From Schizochytrium sp. TIO01 (Eukaryota; Protista; Bigyra: Labyrinthulomycetes), in NCBI GenBank assembly GCA_004764695.1, contig SMSO01000033.1, forward strand, positions 806,001-870,000: DNA of 64,000 nt, given 5' to 3'. The notes below the pieces were generated by a model, which searched no databases, was not told the DNA's origin, and worked only from the letters and a program-made list of their open reading frames with translations. Position numbers and translations under genes: made by a program. Below, piece by piece: positions 44,610 through 57,700 of the stretch. Position 1 is the first letter of the stretch. Every line of letters starts with the position of its first letter.

Positions 44610-45976
44610 GTTTCCTCATATTCATTCTCGTTGACCTCTTGAACATGGGCTTTGGTTCCGTTCGTCGGTGGCACCAGAGGCGTCTGGTTCTGGCCTGCAC
44701 CAACTGGCGATACGGCGTTTTGCATTGCTTGCTCCATGAATGCACGAACAAGGTGCTGCATTTGGTCTCCGGAGAAGCCTTGCTTTGCTGCAGTTTCGTC
44801 TTGATACTCGTAAGCGGCTTGACCAGTAGCTTTAACGTCGTTCATGGCTGAGAGAAAGTCACGGATGTTAAGCTTCCGCAGCTGCGTTGTCTCCTCCTGC
44901 AGATCTCCATTAGTGCGGCACTCCTGTGCAAACTCACGGAATGGTAGCATGGCTGCAGCCTGACAGAGCTCCTTAATGTCACTACCACTATACCCTTCGA
45001 GGAGCTGCGAGAGTTTGCCAAGATCTTTTGCGAGTGAAGGGTCAAGATCTTCATCTTGCAGATAGATGCGCAAGATTTGTTTGCGCTGCTCTGCACTTGG
45101 CAGGTCAAGCTTGAAAGTACGTGGCATACGCCGCAGGATCGCCTGATCCACGTCCCACGGCCTGTTTGTGGCGCCCACCACGATGACTCCGTAGGCACGG
45201 CCTGCGCGTTGGATATCTTGAGTGAGCAAGCCATCCCAGAGAGCCATGAACTCGGCCTTCATGTTGCCCTGTGCGGCATGGTCATCACTAGTCCGTTCGC
45301 GGAGAAAAGAGTCAATCTCATCAATGAAAATCACACACGGCGCCAGCTTCCAGGCCAATGAGAATGTCGCACGCACGAGTTTCTGCGACTCACCAAACCA
45401 CTTGTTCATTGTAGTAGACATTTGCAAGTTGATGAAGGCTGCACCGGACTCGCGAGCGATGGCTTTGGCCATCATAGTCTTACCTGTGCCGGGAGGACCG
45501 TACAGCAAAATGCCCTTTGGGGGGCACAGGAGCTTGCTGCGGCCCTCAAAGAGATCCGGGCGGCGAAGGGGTAGAGCGACAATGTCGAAGATCTCCGTTT
45601 TCACATGATCAAGGCCACCAATCATGTCAAAGTTCACGTCAATATCCTCAGGGTAGATAAGATCGCTCGAGACAATTACTTCGTACTCATTCATCTCAAA
45701 CGGTTGCCTACCATTTGCAAGGAGTTTCTCCACAAGCCTGCGCTTGCTTGCTTTGGCTGCGTCTTTTTGTTTGCGCATCGGGTCCATCTCCCGCATAAAG
45801 TATTTGATTCCGAAGAACAGCAGTGCATATGAGGCCGTCATGGAGACCAGCTCAATTGCCAAATTTTGCAAAACTGCTGCTGTCGAAGGCGACGAGCCGC
45901 CATTCGATCCTGCTGTGGAGTCCTGCGAACCACCATGAGCTTGTGGCCTGCTCCCCGATTCACCTCCTGTATTCAT
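44585..45976 (-). CDS. ATAD1: Msp1/ATAD1 membrane-anchored AAA+ ATPase (dislocase)
   Basis: N-terminal TM anchor then DP..KQK, NEYE.I....I.PEDI.V.F..IGGL, Walker A GPPGTGKT, KWFGESQKLV, Walker B IFIDEIDS, MKAEFMALWDGL, AILRRMP; ATG at 45976. Confidence 0.92.
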   Translation of the reverse strand: MNTGGESGSRPQAHGGSQDSTAGSNGGSSPSTAAVLQNLAIELVSMTASYALLFFGIKYFMREMDPMRKQKDAAKASKRRLVEKLLANGRQPFEMNEYEVIVSSDLIYPEDIDVNFDMIGGLDHVKTEIFDIVALPLRRPDLFEGRSKLLCPPKGILLYGPPGTGKTMMAKAIARESGAAFINLQMSTTMNKWFGESQKLVRATFSLAWKLAPCVIFIDEIDSFLRERTSDDHAAQGNMKAEFMALWDGLLTQDIQRAGRAYGVIVVGATNRPWDVDQAILRRMPRTFKLDLPSAEQRKQILRIYLQDEDLDPSLAKDLGKLSQLLEGYSGSDIKELCQAAAMLPFREFAQECRTNGDLQEETTQLRKLNIRDFLSAMNDVKATGQAAYEYQDETAAKQGFSGDQMQHLVRAFMEQAMQNAVSPVGAGQNQTPLVPPTNGTKAHVQEVNENEYEETQEDDEFD

Positions 45977-46585
45977 GGTGCTTTCTCGAATTCTTGCTAC
46001 TGCTGCCTGCAACCACAATGAATATCTTCCTCACTTTTATGCAAACTTGCGAAGCGTGCAACCAAAAGGATATGTCTGTATAATCTCTATTCCCAAGCAC
46101 AACCTAGCCAAAGCTTAGCGTGCACAAAGACCTGTTTCTTCAGCCCAAATACAATGTGGAATATGAAATCTGCAGCGAGTACCGAAACTCTAAAGAGCTT
46201 CCTATTTTTGCAGTTCAAGTAGCTCTATTTAGGCAAGCAAGCAAGTCAACAAGCCAAGCTGAGCCCTTCGCTGCCTCGCTCAAAGATACCTCAAGATTTG
46301 TTAACCTCTCAACTCCAACAGCGTAAACAGTTTATACTAGGAGGTATATACGTGAGTAGATGGATAGATAACTGGATGGGCCTCTTCAGGCAGCCTGGCG
46401 ATCTCGATCTCGAGGCTAATCCGGTCGGCTGTGCTTCGTCCTCGCCCAGCCCGATACACAGTGACGTGGAATACACCACGTGGGCTGCTGCCAGTGGCCT
46501 TTCTCCTTCCAGCCGCACTCGCGGATCGCAGAGCGGTCTTTGGAGGCGATGGATACGGGTCTGCTGTCTTGCTTGCTTGGTATGT

Positions 46586-46683
46586 GTCTGTCTCTCTGTC
46601 TGTCTGTTTCTCTTTTCTCCTTTCTCTCTTTTCCTTCTTTTTCTAATGCTTTTTCTCTTTCTCTTTCTTTCTCCCTTTCTCTC
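46586..46683. repeat. CT-rich (GA on minus strand) low-complexity tract upstream of Msp1
   Basis: Direct reading: tgtctgtctctctgtc...tctttctctttctttctccctttctctc. Confidence 0.85.
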
Positions 46684-47065
46684 ACTACTATTAGTGGCGC
46701 TACTCCTCGATGGACTAGCGCTACCCTACCAGCCGCTAGTTGAAACTAGAGGTAGGTATTCATTCTCCAGAGGCGTCCTTTCTTTCCTTGTGCGGAATGG
46801 CCACAGAAGGGTATTTGAGGTTCTGCAAGTGGGCTATGCGCAGTACAAGTGAGCTATTTTCGCAATAGTCTACTTGTCGGAGTTTAGCCAAGTGCCGAAA
46901 GGACTCTCTCCTCAGGTTCTTCGCCGCCTCTGCCATAAGCGAGAAACGTGCCGTTCTGGAGGCTCTGGCTGGCCATGACCGAAACGTTTCCTAAGACGCT
47001 CTCGTTGAGCCAGTTGGATTTCCATACGCATGTGCTGATTGACAAGGAGCCCAAGAACGGTCCTT

Positions 47066-47985
47066 GAAGCCAGCAAATGAATGGAGTTTAGCAATTAAAT
47101 AAGTAAGCATGAATTTGGAGATGGTCGCCGACGCTGTTGTGATGTTCGAGCTTGGCGAAATTAGCTCCAAAGATGGGCTCCGAAACGGAGTGATCTAAGT
47201 TCGCACTGAGGTTGAGAAGTAAGTAACGACACACACTGGGAGCCACGAATTAAATGGCCAAACTCTCTCCATGTGGTCGAGGAAGTCCATAACGGTAAGC
47301 TGGAAAAGCTCGTCGTTCCGAGTGCCATCGTGGCATAAATCTCGCTATTACTTCGCAATTGTCGAGCTGGTTGAGAATCAATTTCCTTTCGGTCCTCTCA
47401 AAATCAACTTTAACGCGGGCAGGGAGTGGACACGAAAGCTCTCTTCTGGTCAAAGCGAAAACTTGTCTTTTGCCGACAGCACGAGTCCCACGTTGAGGAT
47501 ATCGGGGTCTGATTCGCCCTCCAATTGAGACTTGAACACCTGCGAAATGTGAAACACGGAGAAAATGTGGTGCTGTCTACTTTTGCTGGTTAAGACTTTT
47601 GGGATTCTGAGGAAATCAGAATATTGGCTGTTCAACAGACGAACTCGATGGCGTGATTGAGGAGAGGCTCGCAAGAAGTTCGCGATACAGGATGAGGGAT
47701 GTGTACCAAAACAAAGCGGCACGCCGGTGCCACGAAATGCCTGGTTTTCCTTGCTTTTTATAAAACCTGATTCGCTTCAAAGGATTCTTTTTCTTTAATC
47801 TAAAAGAGATATAAGAAGGCATAAAGGATGGTTTGCTCTAAAATCTTATCCAGCATGCTGGGCAAGAGAGTTTGATTGTCTAAGAAAGGTGTTTTCAAGC
47901 CATGAAATAGTTGGTTCTTTGTAACCTGTGAAGAACCAAAACTTTCACAGCCTTTAAAAAAAAACATTGTATGTGTACAATCTTC
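47066..47985 (+). pseudogene. Tentative, heavily decayed IS607-type TnpA followed by a TnpB/Fanzor N-terminus
   Basis: Motif remnants in the expected order: EASK..GV / GDGRRR (MerR-like HTH), VI*VR, KWPNSLHVVEEVHNGKLEKLVV..HR..SRYYFAIVELV, VLSTFAG*; then ARSSRYRM..VYQNKAAR...WF..CFL*NL. Requires many stops and frameshifts. Confidence 0.4.
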
Positions 47986-48235
47986 CTGGTTCTCCGGTTC
48001 CTTTTCCTTGCACCTGTAGAATGTTGTATCATATGCAACATTGTATCGTAGCTCACAAAATTCATAACTTCTTGCATGTATATGCGAATGTGAAATCGTG
48101 TACTCTCGTCACGCGTGTGCAAAGCCTTGATTAAAATCTAAAACTATTTGTAATAGTAAAGTACCTAATACTATCTTTATGTTTTAAAATTTTTTAATTC
48201 AGTTTTTTATTAAAATTAAAATATATATCATATAC

Positions 48236-48268
<33 letters not shown>
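48236..48268. repeat. (AAT)n microsatellite
   Basis: Direct reading. Confidence 0.95.
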
Positions 48269-48275
<7 letters not shown>

Positions 48276-48726
48276 ATATAATTCTTGCATTTGAGAGATT
48301 TTGCTCTGTATCACCACAACTTTTCCTTTGCGAATTCTTTCCCGCAAAACTACATAAGCACCCATGCCTTGCTTCTGGACATGTGGGCTCTACATAGAGC
48401 ATGTCAGGCAAACTACTCTTCTAAAGCTCACCTTCACTGGTTCCTCTGAATAAGTCACATAGTTGGATGGGTGAGCTAGAACACCCCTAAGCCAGAACGC
48501 TAGTACCTAGTGCCTTATTTACTGTATTGGAAAGAATGGAGTCGTAACGGACTCATGCAAAGCTATGTCATTCTTGGGACTCGATGGGATTCGCTTCTCG
48601 AGGTACTTGCACTCGCAGCCAAAGCTGTGCTACCACTGCACTAGAGTCTTCTTGGGCAAACCCTGCTCTGTCGCCCTCAGGGCGAACTGAGTGCTGGCCT
48701 TGAAGATTGTCTTGCACTGAAGCACG

Positions 48727-51700
48727 ATGCAACGCAGTCGTGCTGCAGCCCAAGGTGAGGGCCATAGACCAGGAGGAGCACGGGAATTGCCGCGGGTTGC
48801 CAAGGTGAAGTTTCGTTCTCCTAAGAAAGGCCGTGGAAAGAGGAACAGTTCAGGAAGACCACCAAGTGCAACACAAGTGCAGAGACGGAAACGTCAAAGA
48901 GAAATTAAAGTTATTGATAATGCATTAGTCGACCATGCTCTGCTGAGGGACGGCGAGCACAACTATTTGCATCAAACAAGCAACAACAACAGTCATGAAA
49001 GCGAAGATGTTGGCTATAAAATTGGCAATAAAATCGGTGAATATAATTACACGAGTGAATTTGAACAAAATGACCCAAGCTTTGAATCTGGGCCGGACAC
49101 GGACCGCAAGGTATCAAAGTTGGATAAGGCCGCACGGAGAAGTGGCTTCGTGTCCGCAGCGATGCACTCTCCAACCATGAGAGCATCTCCCCGAAGGCTT
49201 CCAGGCCTTAAGTTTGCGAGACCACCTGGTTGGGATACGCAGAAGCAAGCAAAACACTATGTAACTCTTCGAAACTCAGTACCGAAGGAGGACTTCCCTC
49301 GCCACCTTGCAGACGGTATTCAGCATTTGGAAGACTATGAGCGCGTGCGTAGTCCAACAAGTCCCCCTCTAGACCAAGGGCTCCACCAAAGGCTTCCTTA
49401 CACTAGCACAAAGTCAATTACTCAGCAAGAGGCTATTGCTCAGTACCACGAGCTTTTGCAAAAGGTTCATGCGCTTTCACAGGCAGAGAGGCTTCGAAAA
49501 GAGAGGCAAATGACTCCTGGTAGTCATGGCGATATTCGTGACGATGACGGCTTTGGTGAGGAGGAAGCACTCTTGGGAAGAGGAGAGAGCGCTGGCGCGA
49601 CCTCAAACCGTGCGCCTCATCCATCTGAACTTGAAGACTTGCCGTTCGGTCACTTGGCATTTCATCATTTGAGCTGCGAACCTGCAGAAGAAATTGATTT
49701 GCGTCACTGGCGAGAAGAGATATCTGATGACACACTTTGCAGACTACTTTCGTGTACTTTAGCATGCCGTGTACTTGATATCCGTGGTGCAAAGCTCATT
49801 TCCGATGTTGGATTGATTCGTGCAGTTGGCTTTTGCCCACATTTGGAAATTCTTCGGATCGCTGGTTGTGAACGTCTTACGGATGATGGTATAGAGTCAG
49901 CTCTTAACATCTGCGGACACAATCTTGCCGAGTTGGACTTGGCAAAGTTTGCTTCTCCTCCTTTACAACATGAAGATTCGCTGAGTGGTATGAGCACAGA
50001 ATTATGGTGTAACTGCTGTCAAGGTCCGCGCCTTCGTTGCGCAGACCAACCACGTAATGAACTCTTTCGCTCTGGAGAAAGGTCAACCTCTCTGAAAATT
50101 TCAACTAAAGCTCTTTACTGTCTTGCACAGATATGTATACGTTTAGAGGTCCTTGTGCTAAGAGAACAACATGAAGCTGTAACAAATGACACTATGATAG
50201 CTATAGCTTCAAGCTGTGGTGACTTACGACTTATTGACGTCGGAGAATGTGATCGTTTAGGACAAGAAACAATGAAAGCCCTTGGTCGGAAATGTGGACC
50301 GAAACTCCAAGATGTTCGAGTTTCGAAATGCAAATACATCAACGATCAGGGGCTACGATCTCTTATCGGGAAAGCTTTTCATCTACGTTGTATTGATTTA
50401 TCAGATCTACAAAAAATTTCTGATGATGGTGTGAGGATATTTATGGACTCAAAAACAATGTGGGGCCACATTGAACACCCTGGGTTTCATAATGTTCATG
50501 CTGTCTACTTGCGTAATTGTCACGAGTTAACTGATATATCTTTAGGCTGGATTGCATCAGGTTGTTCCCAACTTGAGACTTTAGACGTTCAGGGTTGCGA
50601 AAATTTAGGGGACTTTGGTCTACGAAGCATAGGAGGACTCAACCATCTGAAAACTCTCAATATGCAAGGTTGTGATGGTATTTCTGACTCGGGGATATTA
50701 CAGCTCAGTTCCAATGCTAAAGTGGAATTTGGACTTGAGGCTCTCCCGGAGCTCCACACAGTCATTCTTTCTAGATGTAGCAGAATATCTGAGAAAGGAC
50801 TTCTTGCTCTAGTTCAAACTCTCAGTGGCTCGTTGAGTCGCCTTGAGGTATGCTACACAGGCCGAATATCGGACGATTTTATCCGTCATCTCGCCCTGCT
50901 ATCGAACAATCGTCTACGATGTCTGCGTTTATCTGGGCATAATAACATTACGGCTGCCGGAATTGGTGCTTTGGGACAAAGATGCAAGTACCTCGGAGAG
51001 CTTGATGTAGACTGCTGTGAAGGGTTCGCAAACGACAGCCTCGTTAGTTTGCAAGTACTCCGGCATGTGCACTCCTTGAATTTATCGTATTGTCCCCAAC
51101 TTCAAGGTGTACTTGCAGTTCCAAACTGGAAACTTCAAGTTTTAAGCTTGCGGGCTTGCACAGCCCTGGATGATGGTGCCTTACTAACCCTTCTAGGTCT
51201 GTGCCAAGAGCTCCGCACCATTGACCTAAGTGAATGCACAAACCTTACATCTCGTGCATTCTCATCCATTTTACGACGCCGAAAGGAAATGCCACCAAAT
51301 CTGGATATGTTAAACGTCAAATCTTGTCCACATGTCTCAGACGCTATTATGAAAGAAATTGCATCTGCCTGGAGAACCTCGGGGCTAGAATGTGAATTTG
51401 TAAATGCGGACAGATTTCGAGGAATTCGCCCCAATCTTGCATATCAGATGGCTCTTCATTCGAAAAATCAAGTTGAAGCCAAACGAAATGCTACTCTTGC
51501 ATCAATCATGATTCAGTGTCGAGTTCGTCAGCGTCAAGCATACCAAAAGTTACTCATCTTGCGCCGAGAGGACTACATGCGCAGGACTACCGCCGCAACC
51601 CAAATTCAGCGCATAGGACGGGGTTTCCTTGCTCGGACTTTTTATTATGAATTGCGCCATGTATTGAATTTTTTGGCATTACGCACACAATATCTGTATC

Positions 51701-54700
51701 GACAATATCGCATTGCAAAAATCACAAAACGAGCACTTGCGATTTGGAAGTCTCGCACGATTTCCCGTGCTTTTTTTGCATGGTATGAGAACGCCCAAGC
51801 ACAAATTGACGAACGGCGAACGGAGGCTATTCGCAAGCTTGTTCAGCAAGCCGCCGATTTCTTTGCAAACACTCTTTTGAAAAATAGTTGGGCTTCCTGG
51901 CAAAACCATGTAGTGCACCGGCGTTGGAAGAAGGTTCAATATCCGAAGGCAGACGCATTTTATACTGAGCGGGCAACCTGTCGATATTTTGACTTATGGA
52001 TAGATAATGCAAGACCTGGAATTCTGCGTCGCAAGAATTTAGTCAAAATCTTCCTTTTGTGCCTTCCTTTAGAAGTGCGAAATGCACAAGTCTCTAGGAG
52101 TAATATTTATGCAGCATCGCGCTTTTATAGGCGCACGCAACGTTCATATGCATTTTCTGCTTGGTTTCAAATTGTTCTGCAGGCAAGAGAAAACATTAAA
52201 CTTGCTGATCAGTTATGCTATAAGCATTTTCTCGCAAAACCACACGGCCCAGCCCATGAAATCTTAACGTACTGGCGTAGATTTACAGTGTACAAAATGG
52301 AGATTAAAGAAAAAGAGCGCGTATTACGTTCTCATATTGTTACAATGAGACAGGCTCGAGTAGTCGCTCATTTAGCATATTTGGCAGGTCGACGAGCGCT
52401 TCATGTGAAACAAACTGCAGTTGCGCGCACGCTTTTCTCAGCACAGGAATCCCGAAAAGCATTTAGACGCTGGATAGAGTATCAACACGAACTTCGCGAA
52501 GCAAAAGCAAAAGCGCAGCGCGCATTAGCGTTCATGCGAAACGCTAGTTTGGTACGATCTTTGCATGCATGGAGGCAGGCGATTGAAATTCGTAAAACCT
52601 ACGACGTTAAAATCGAGCGAAGTATTGCACGCATGCTCCAGCGGTATGTTGCAAAATGCTTTCATACATGGAATTATGTCGTCCGACAACAAAGGGCTTT
52701 CAAAGAACGATCACTCCGACGAATTGCGTCTCGGCGTCTAGCTCATGTCTTAGATTGCTGGAAAGACTTCGTAACTGAACATCGCATTCGCCGGCAGTCG
52801 CAACTGCAGAGTTGGTATCTACTAAATAAAACAGTTGTGAGAATCCAAGCCCGATGGAGAGGTGTTCTTGGACGCGAACAGATTGAAGATATGCGTCTAT
52901 TGAAACAATTTATGGCTATTAAGATACAGCAATTTTGTCGCATCGTACTTGCCAAGAAGAGAGCATTTCGAGCCGAGCGCATGAAAATCTTGCGCCTCTA
53001 TATATCTGAAGAACATGAGCGAGATCTTATGGCTTACGAAGATATGGTAGCACAAGACATGCAAAAGGAGTTTAAAGCTGCTCGGTTGGTACAACAAAAC
53101 TTTCGTGCTCGACATGCACGGGATATGGTATATTTTGCAAAGCGAGAACTTGCACGTCAAAAAGAAATTAAGCGACGCGAACATCAGCATCAACTTTTGC
53201 TGGAGCATGAAGCGAAGATGGAGGAAAGAAGACTTGAGCAGGAGAAAAAAGACCACCTCACAAGCAAAATTCAAGGTGTTGTGCGAGGTATGATTGCTCG
53301 GAAAAGGTACATGGTCGTTTGGGCGCGTGCTTACATGGATCGCCAAGCTACGAAAATCCAAAGTATCAGCCGCTTACGTGCTGCTTTGCATAAACTTGCA
53401 GCAGAAAGGCGATGGAACGCACTAATCAAACAAACAGCCAAGCAACAGCGGACAAATGCCCGTATCTTACGCGCAATGAGGCTGAAGAACCGTTCTCAGC
53501 AGAAAATGGCGATGGTGCCACTTGATATGCTTGGTATCCACCCTGATACGTTTACATTGGACCTGAATCAGCTTCGTAAGGAAGTAATGTATGATTTTCG
53601 GGACTGGACGAGGTTTGCTCGCAGCCAGTTTGACGCTTATCGTAGAGCCGGAATGAACACTAGCCAGCGCCAAGAAATTATTCGAGCGTTCTATGAGCGG
53701 GTGAAAGACGAACAATGGATTACCAAAGGTAACGCTATTAAGATTGTGAGTAAGCAGAGCCCTTATCGAGGTGAGACAGGATATGTACTAAATGTACAAG
53801 AAGTTTCCACTGTTCCTGGCGGTGCTCAAGCCTCTATTCGTCTCGATCGTACTGGCACTATCATTCTTTTGCCTTTGATGACAACTCCAACCGCCTCAGA
53901 GGATAGTGTAAGCAGTATGATTCGCGTGAAGAAGATGGACAAGGATTTCGCCAAGACAAAGTTGACGCCAGAGCTTGTACATAGTAACAGAGAAGCACTT
54001 ATTGAATATGCAGAAGGCTTAAAGGAGGAAACTAAGCAGCGCAGAGCTGCTTTACTTATACAACGGCACTTTCGAGGTAAAAAGTTCCGTAAATATTTCA
54101 AAGAAGCATATGCTAAGCAAGTTGAGATTGACAAGGCCAAACAAGAGAAGCTACTGAAGCTTCTTCGAAAACTTGGTCTTGAAAATGCTCGTACAGGGCG
54201 TTTGTTGGTAGCTTTGGGACTTGTATGGCCACGTTACGTGCCAGAAATGCCAGATAAACCATTTGCAGTTGAGACATGGGCAAAAAAGAGACAAATGTAC
54301 TATGAAATGTGGAATTATCGGCGCTTTCAGGTTCTACTTGCACGTGACGAGCGTAAACTCCGCGTGCGCGACCTCAAAAAGAAGTTCAAGAAAGATGAAG
54401 ATTTTGCTGAAGACTCTGAGGAATTGACAAAACCTACCTTGTTATTGCAGAATGGAGAGAGTCGACCCGGGACTAACATGAGTGTCCGAGAACCAAACAG
54501 CGTTACTCATATTCCCGCAGATGTGATTGATGAAGCAGGGGGCGGAGGAGGTGTTGAGGCAAACAACACCAGCATTGTTGCCTTAGAGGTACCTAGCCTT
54601 CCAGATACTCATGTCTCATTGTTTCGAAGAAGCTTGTTGGACTCGTTACTCGCTGCGGAAGGTCATATGTCCGAGGAACAAGAAGCGGTCATGCCCTGGC

Positions 54701-57700
54701 GTATACGAAACCCATTCAAAGCAGCCTTCTGGCGTGGCGTGTATGCGATGACAGATCTCGCACTAGCGCCTGCAGCAGAAGCCATCCTTATTAAATCTCA
54801 AAAGAAACGCGAGAAAGGAGAAATTCCCCTGGCAATTCTTTTGCAAATTCTTGCCAAAGCAGTAGGCGGTCCTCAATGGCGCCAAAGTCCCATCAAACGA
54901 CTTACTTGGGTGGGTGTGTATAATTTTGACCAATTGCATGAGAGTTGTCATGTCACAATGGGTGGTGCTGCTGTATTTCACGGCACATGGAATACACGAG
55001 GTGTACCGCATGGTCTTGGGTTTTTGGAACTGCCGGAAGGAAGGGGTTTGGAACGAATTCGTGAAAAATATGCTATATATCTTTTGCCGAACAAAGACGA
55101 TGATGAGGAGAGTGAAATGTATCGTAGCTTAATGGCATCTCGAAAACAGCTTCGCCATGACAAGTGGGTTGAAAAGACTCGACGTAAAATTAGAGAGGTG
55201 TCACGCAGTCTGAACGAAATATCCAAAAATACTGATGAAGAAAAGAAAGAAGAATCCGATGACGATGATGGAGAGGAGTACCAAACAGATACTGATGATG
55301 AAATCGTAGCAGACCCTGAATATATTGGACGCAAAGGTATTTCCGGGCGTCTGCAAATGAGAGAAGACATTGTCGCATCTGAGAGCGCACCAAGTACACC
55401 CTCTATGACAATGCGCCAAAACTCAGACGACAGCTTTCGAATTTTTGGGGACGCAACTGGTCCTAACGATTTGCTTTATGTTACCATCGCAGCAAAGGTC
55501 AACAATGGCGAAATTGTTGGCAATGTGAAAATCCATTTTAAGACTGGTGACACTTATGAAGGTGGGTACTTTGGAGAGAAAAAGCACGCTTGGTTGGATG
55601 CTTCACGCGCAAGTGTGGATTTTGTCAAACTTGCTTACGATGACGATGTCGAGGCTTGGATGCCGTCTGAAGAAGAGTTTGATGCTTTGGAGACAGTAAA
55701 TCGCTGGACAACTCAAAGCAACATCGTGTACGAGGGAGAAAGTGTGACACATCACTTTCGTCCGAATCACCTGCAAGGTGTAGTGCGGGTCACCTGGCCA
55801 GAAGATGAGGTATACTTTGGTGAAATGAGGGAAGGAAAGAAATATGGTTTTGGGCGGCTTAGTATGCCAACTGGTGACGAGTACAGAGGGCAATGGAAAG
55901 ATGACCAGCCCCATGGAGTTGGTATATATTTTTGGGAAGAGAATCGAACAGCATATGCTGGAGACTTTCTCAATGGTTTTCGTCAAGGTTTGGGTAAGCA
56001 GACCTTTCCCGATGGATCTCGGTACGAAGGAGAATATAAACAAGATCAACCCACGGGTACAGGAACTATGATGAAGCCTAATGGCGATGTGTACGCCGGA
56101 GAATTCTTGGAAGGTAGCTTCCACGGAAAGGGTCTTATGAACTACGCTGATGGTTCAGAATACGAAGGATCATGGAAGAAAAACCGCCGACACTCAAGCA
56201 TAGGAGAAACCAGTCGATACATCAATACAGAGGGTGACGTCTACCACGTGACGTTTGTAAACGATGAAATGGATGGGCAGGGTACCTTTTTACAGGCTAA
56301 ATTGAATCCATGGAAACTCGTGAAACATGGTGTTTGGAGACATGGGAAGTTATCTCACTGGGTAGGCGTGAGTATCAATATTGAAAGTACCAATGAATTC
56401 TGCTCAAGGTTTGTAATATATGGTGACTATAGTAGCCAATATGCAGCTCTGGTCGCTCAAAATCTTCCTGAGCTACCATCGGGTGTTGATCCAGATGACA
56501 GACGAGTAGAACAACATGTCAATGGAATTTTGCGACGGGCCGGGCCTTTGGCAAGTGCCTCTGTTGTAAGTCGATCTGAGAAAGCACTTGCGGAATTTCA
56601 ACCCAAATATGATGCACTCCTTGAGACAAAGGAAGCAGCAGACGAAAGTCTTGCACGCGCAACAAAGCAATGGACCGCCGATAAAGAAGCCCATGATGAA
56701 CAAGACATGCTTTATGAGAACTTGAGTGCAGAGCTAGAGAATCTTCGCTTAACCTTAAAGGGATTTTGGCGCAGAGGCACAAAGGAACATCGCCTGAAGA
56801 GGTCGTTCAAGCGTGCTTACAAGCGTTTGCGAAGTTTCGACACCTTGGAATGGTTTGCTTGCAAAATGACAACTTTTACACCTCCACTCTGGATCGGCCT
56901 ATGGAGAGCAATTGCAAAGATACACCTCCCAGAACTAGACAAACGAAGCTACCAATCAAACGATATGGAAAGGCTTTGCAACAGTGCAGCGATCAATCGA
57001 GACTATGGCGAACACTCGGCTCTTCTTCGAGACTACAATATAAAGCTTCTTGATGAAATTGCTTTTTACAATGTTTATGAACGCACCAAGCAAAAGCAAA
57101 TGTTGAAGGAGGTTGGCAGTATCGTTCATCAACGTGACTTAAATCCTCGAAACAGTGAGCTAACCCAAATTTGCCCTCTAGCTGGACCCTTAATTTCTTA
57201 TGTGAAAGCGGCATATAATTACACCGTTGCAGCTCGGCCACTAGCGGAAGTGATGGAGAAGGCCTTAATGAAACTGGATGAAGTTGAACACGCAAAGTCG
57301 TTATTACAGACACGAAAAGAACAGCTACACACAAGCGAGACTAAGTTGTATGAGTGCGATCGCGCTGTGCAAATTGCGACCATTGAGCTCGAAAACTCCA
57401 AGGTACGCCTTCATGAGATTCAATTGAATCTTCAGCGTGCTCGTGAATGCCAGGCGGTGGCTCAAGAGGCAGCTGAATCTGAGCGCCTCCTTCATAAATT
57501 TACGCGAGCAGAGGAGCTTGATGATAGCCCTATTGATCCTTGGATGAGCCGAGAGGACGAGGTTATTTTTAATCACTGCCTAGACGCAATTGAGTATATG
57601 ATAGACCTATTGGAAAACGTTGAGCCTGAAGTATGGGATTGTATGTGGACAATGAAAGAGTTGACTGTCGCTCGGTTTCAATATCAAGAAGAATATCAAA

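Noticed and set aside
46298-46852. 184-aa ORF with an apparent transmembrane segment
   Set aside because: Hydrophobicity comes from the CT-rich low-complexity tract; non-ATG start
46799-46900. CAAGT-containing repeats as a left end for the 47-kb relic
   Set aside because: Only a few short matches with irregular spacing; not distinguishable from chance by eye
49690-51370. Calling the giant ORF an F-box/LRR (FBXL) ubiquitin-ligase adaptor
   Set aside because: LRRs are FBXL-like but no F-box motif is evident, and they make up under a fifth of the protein
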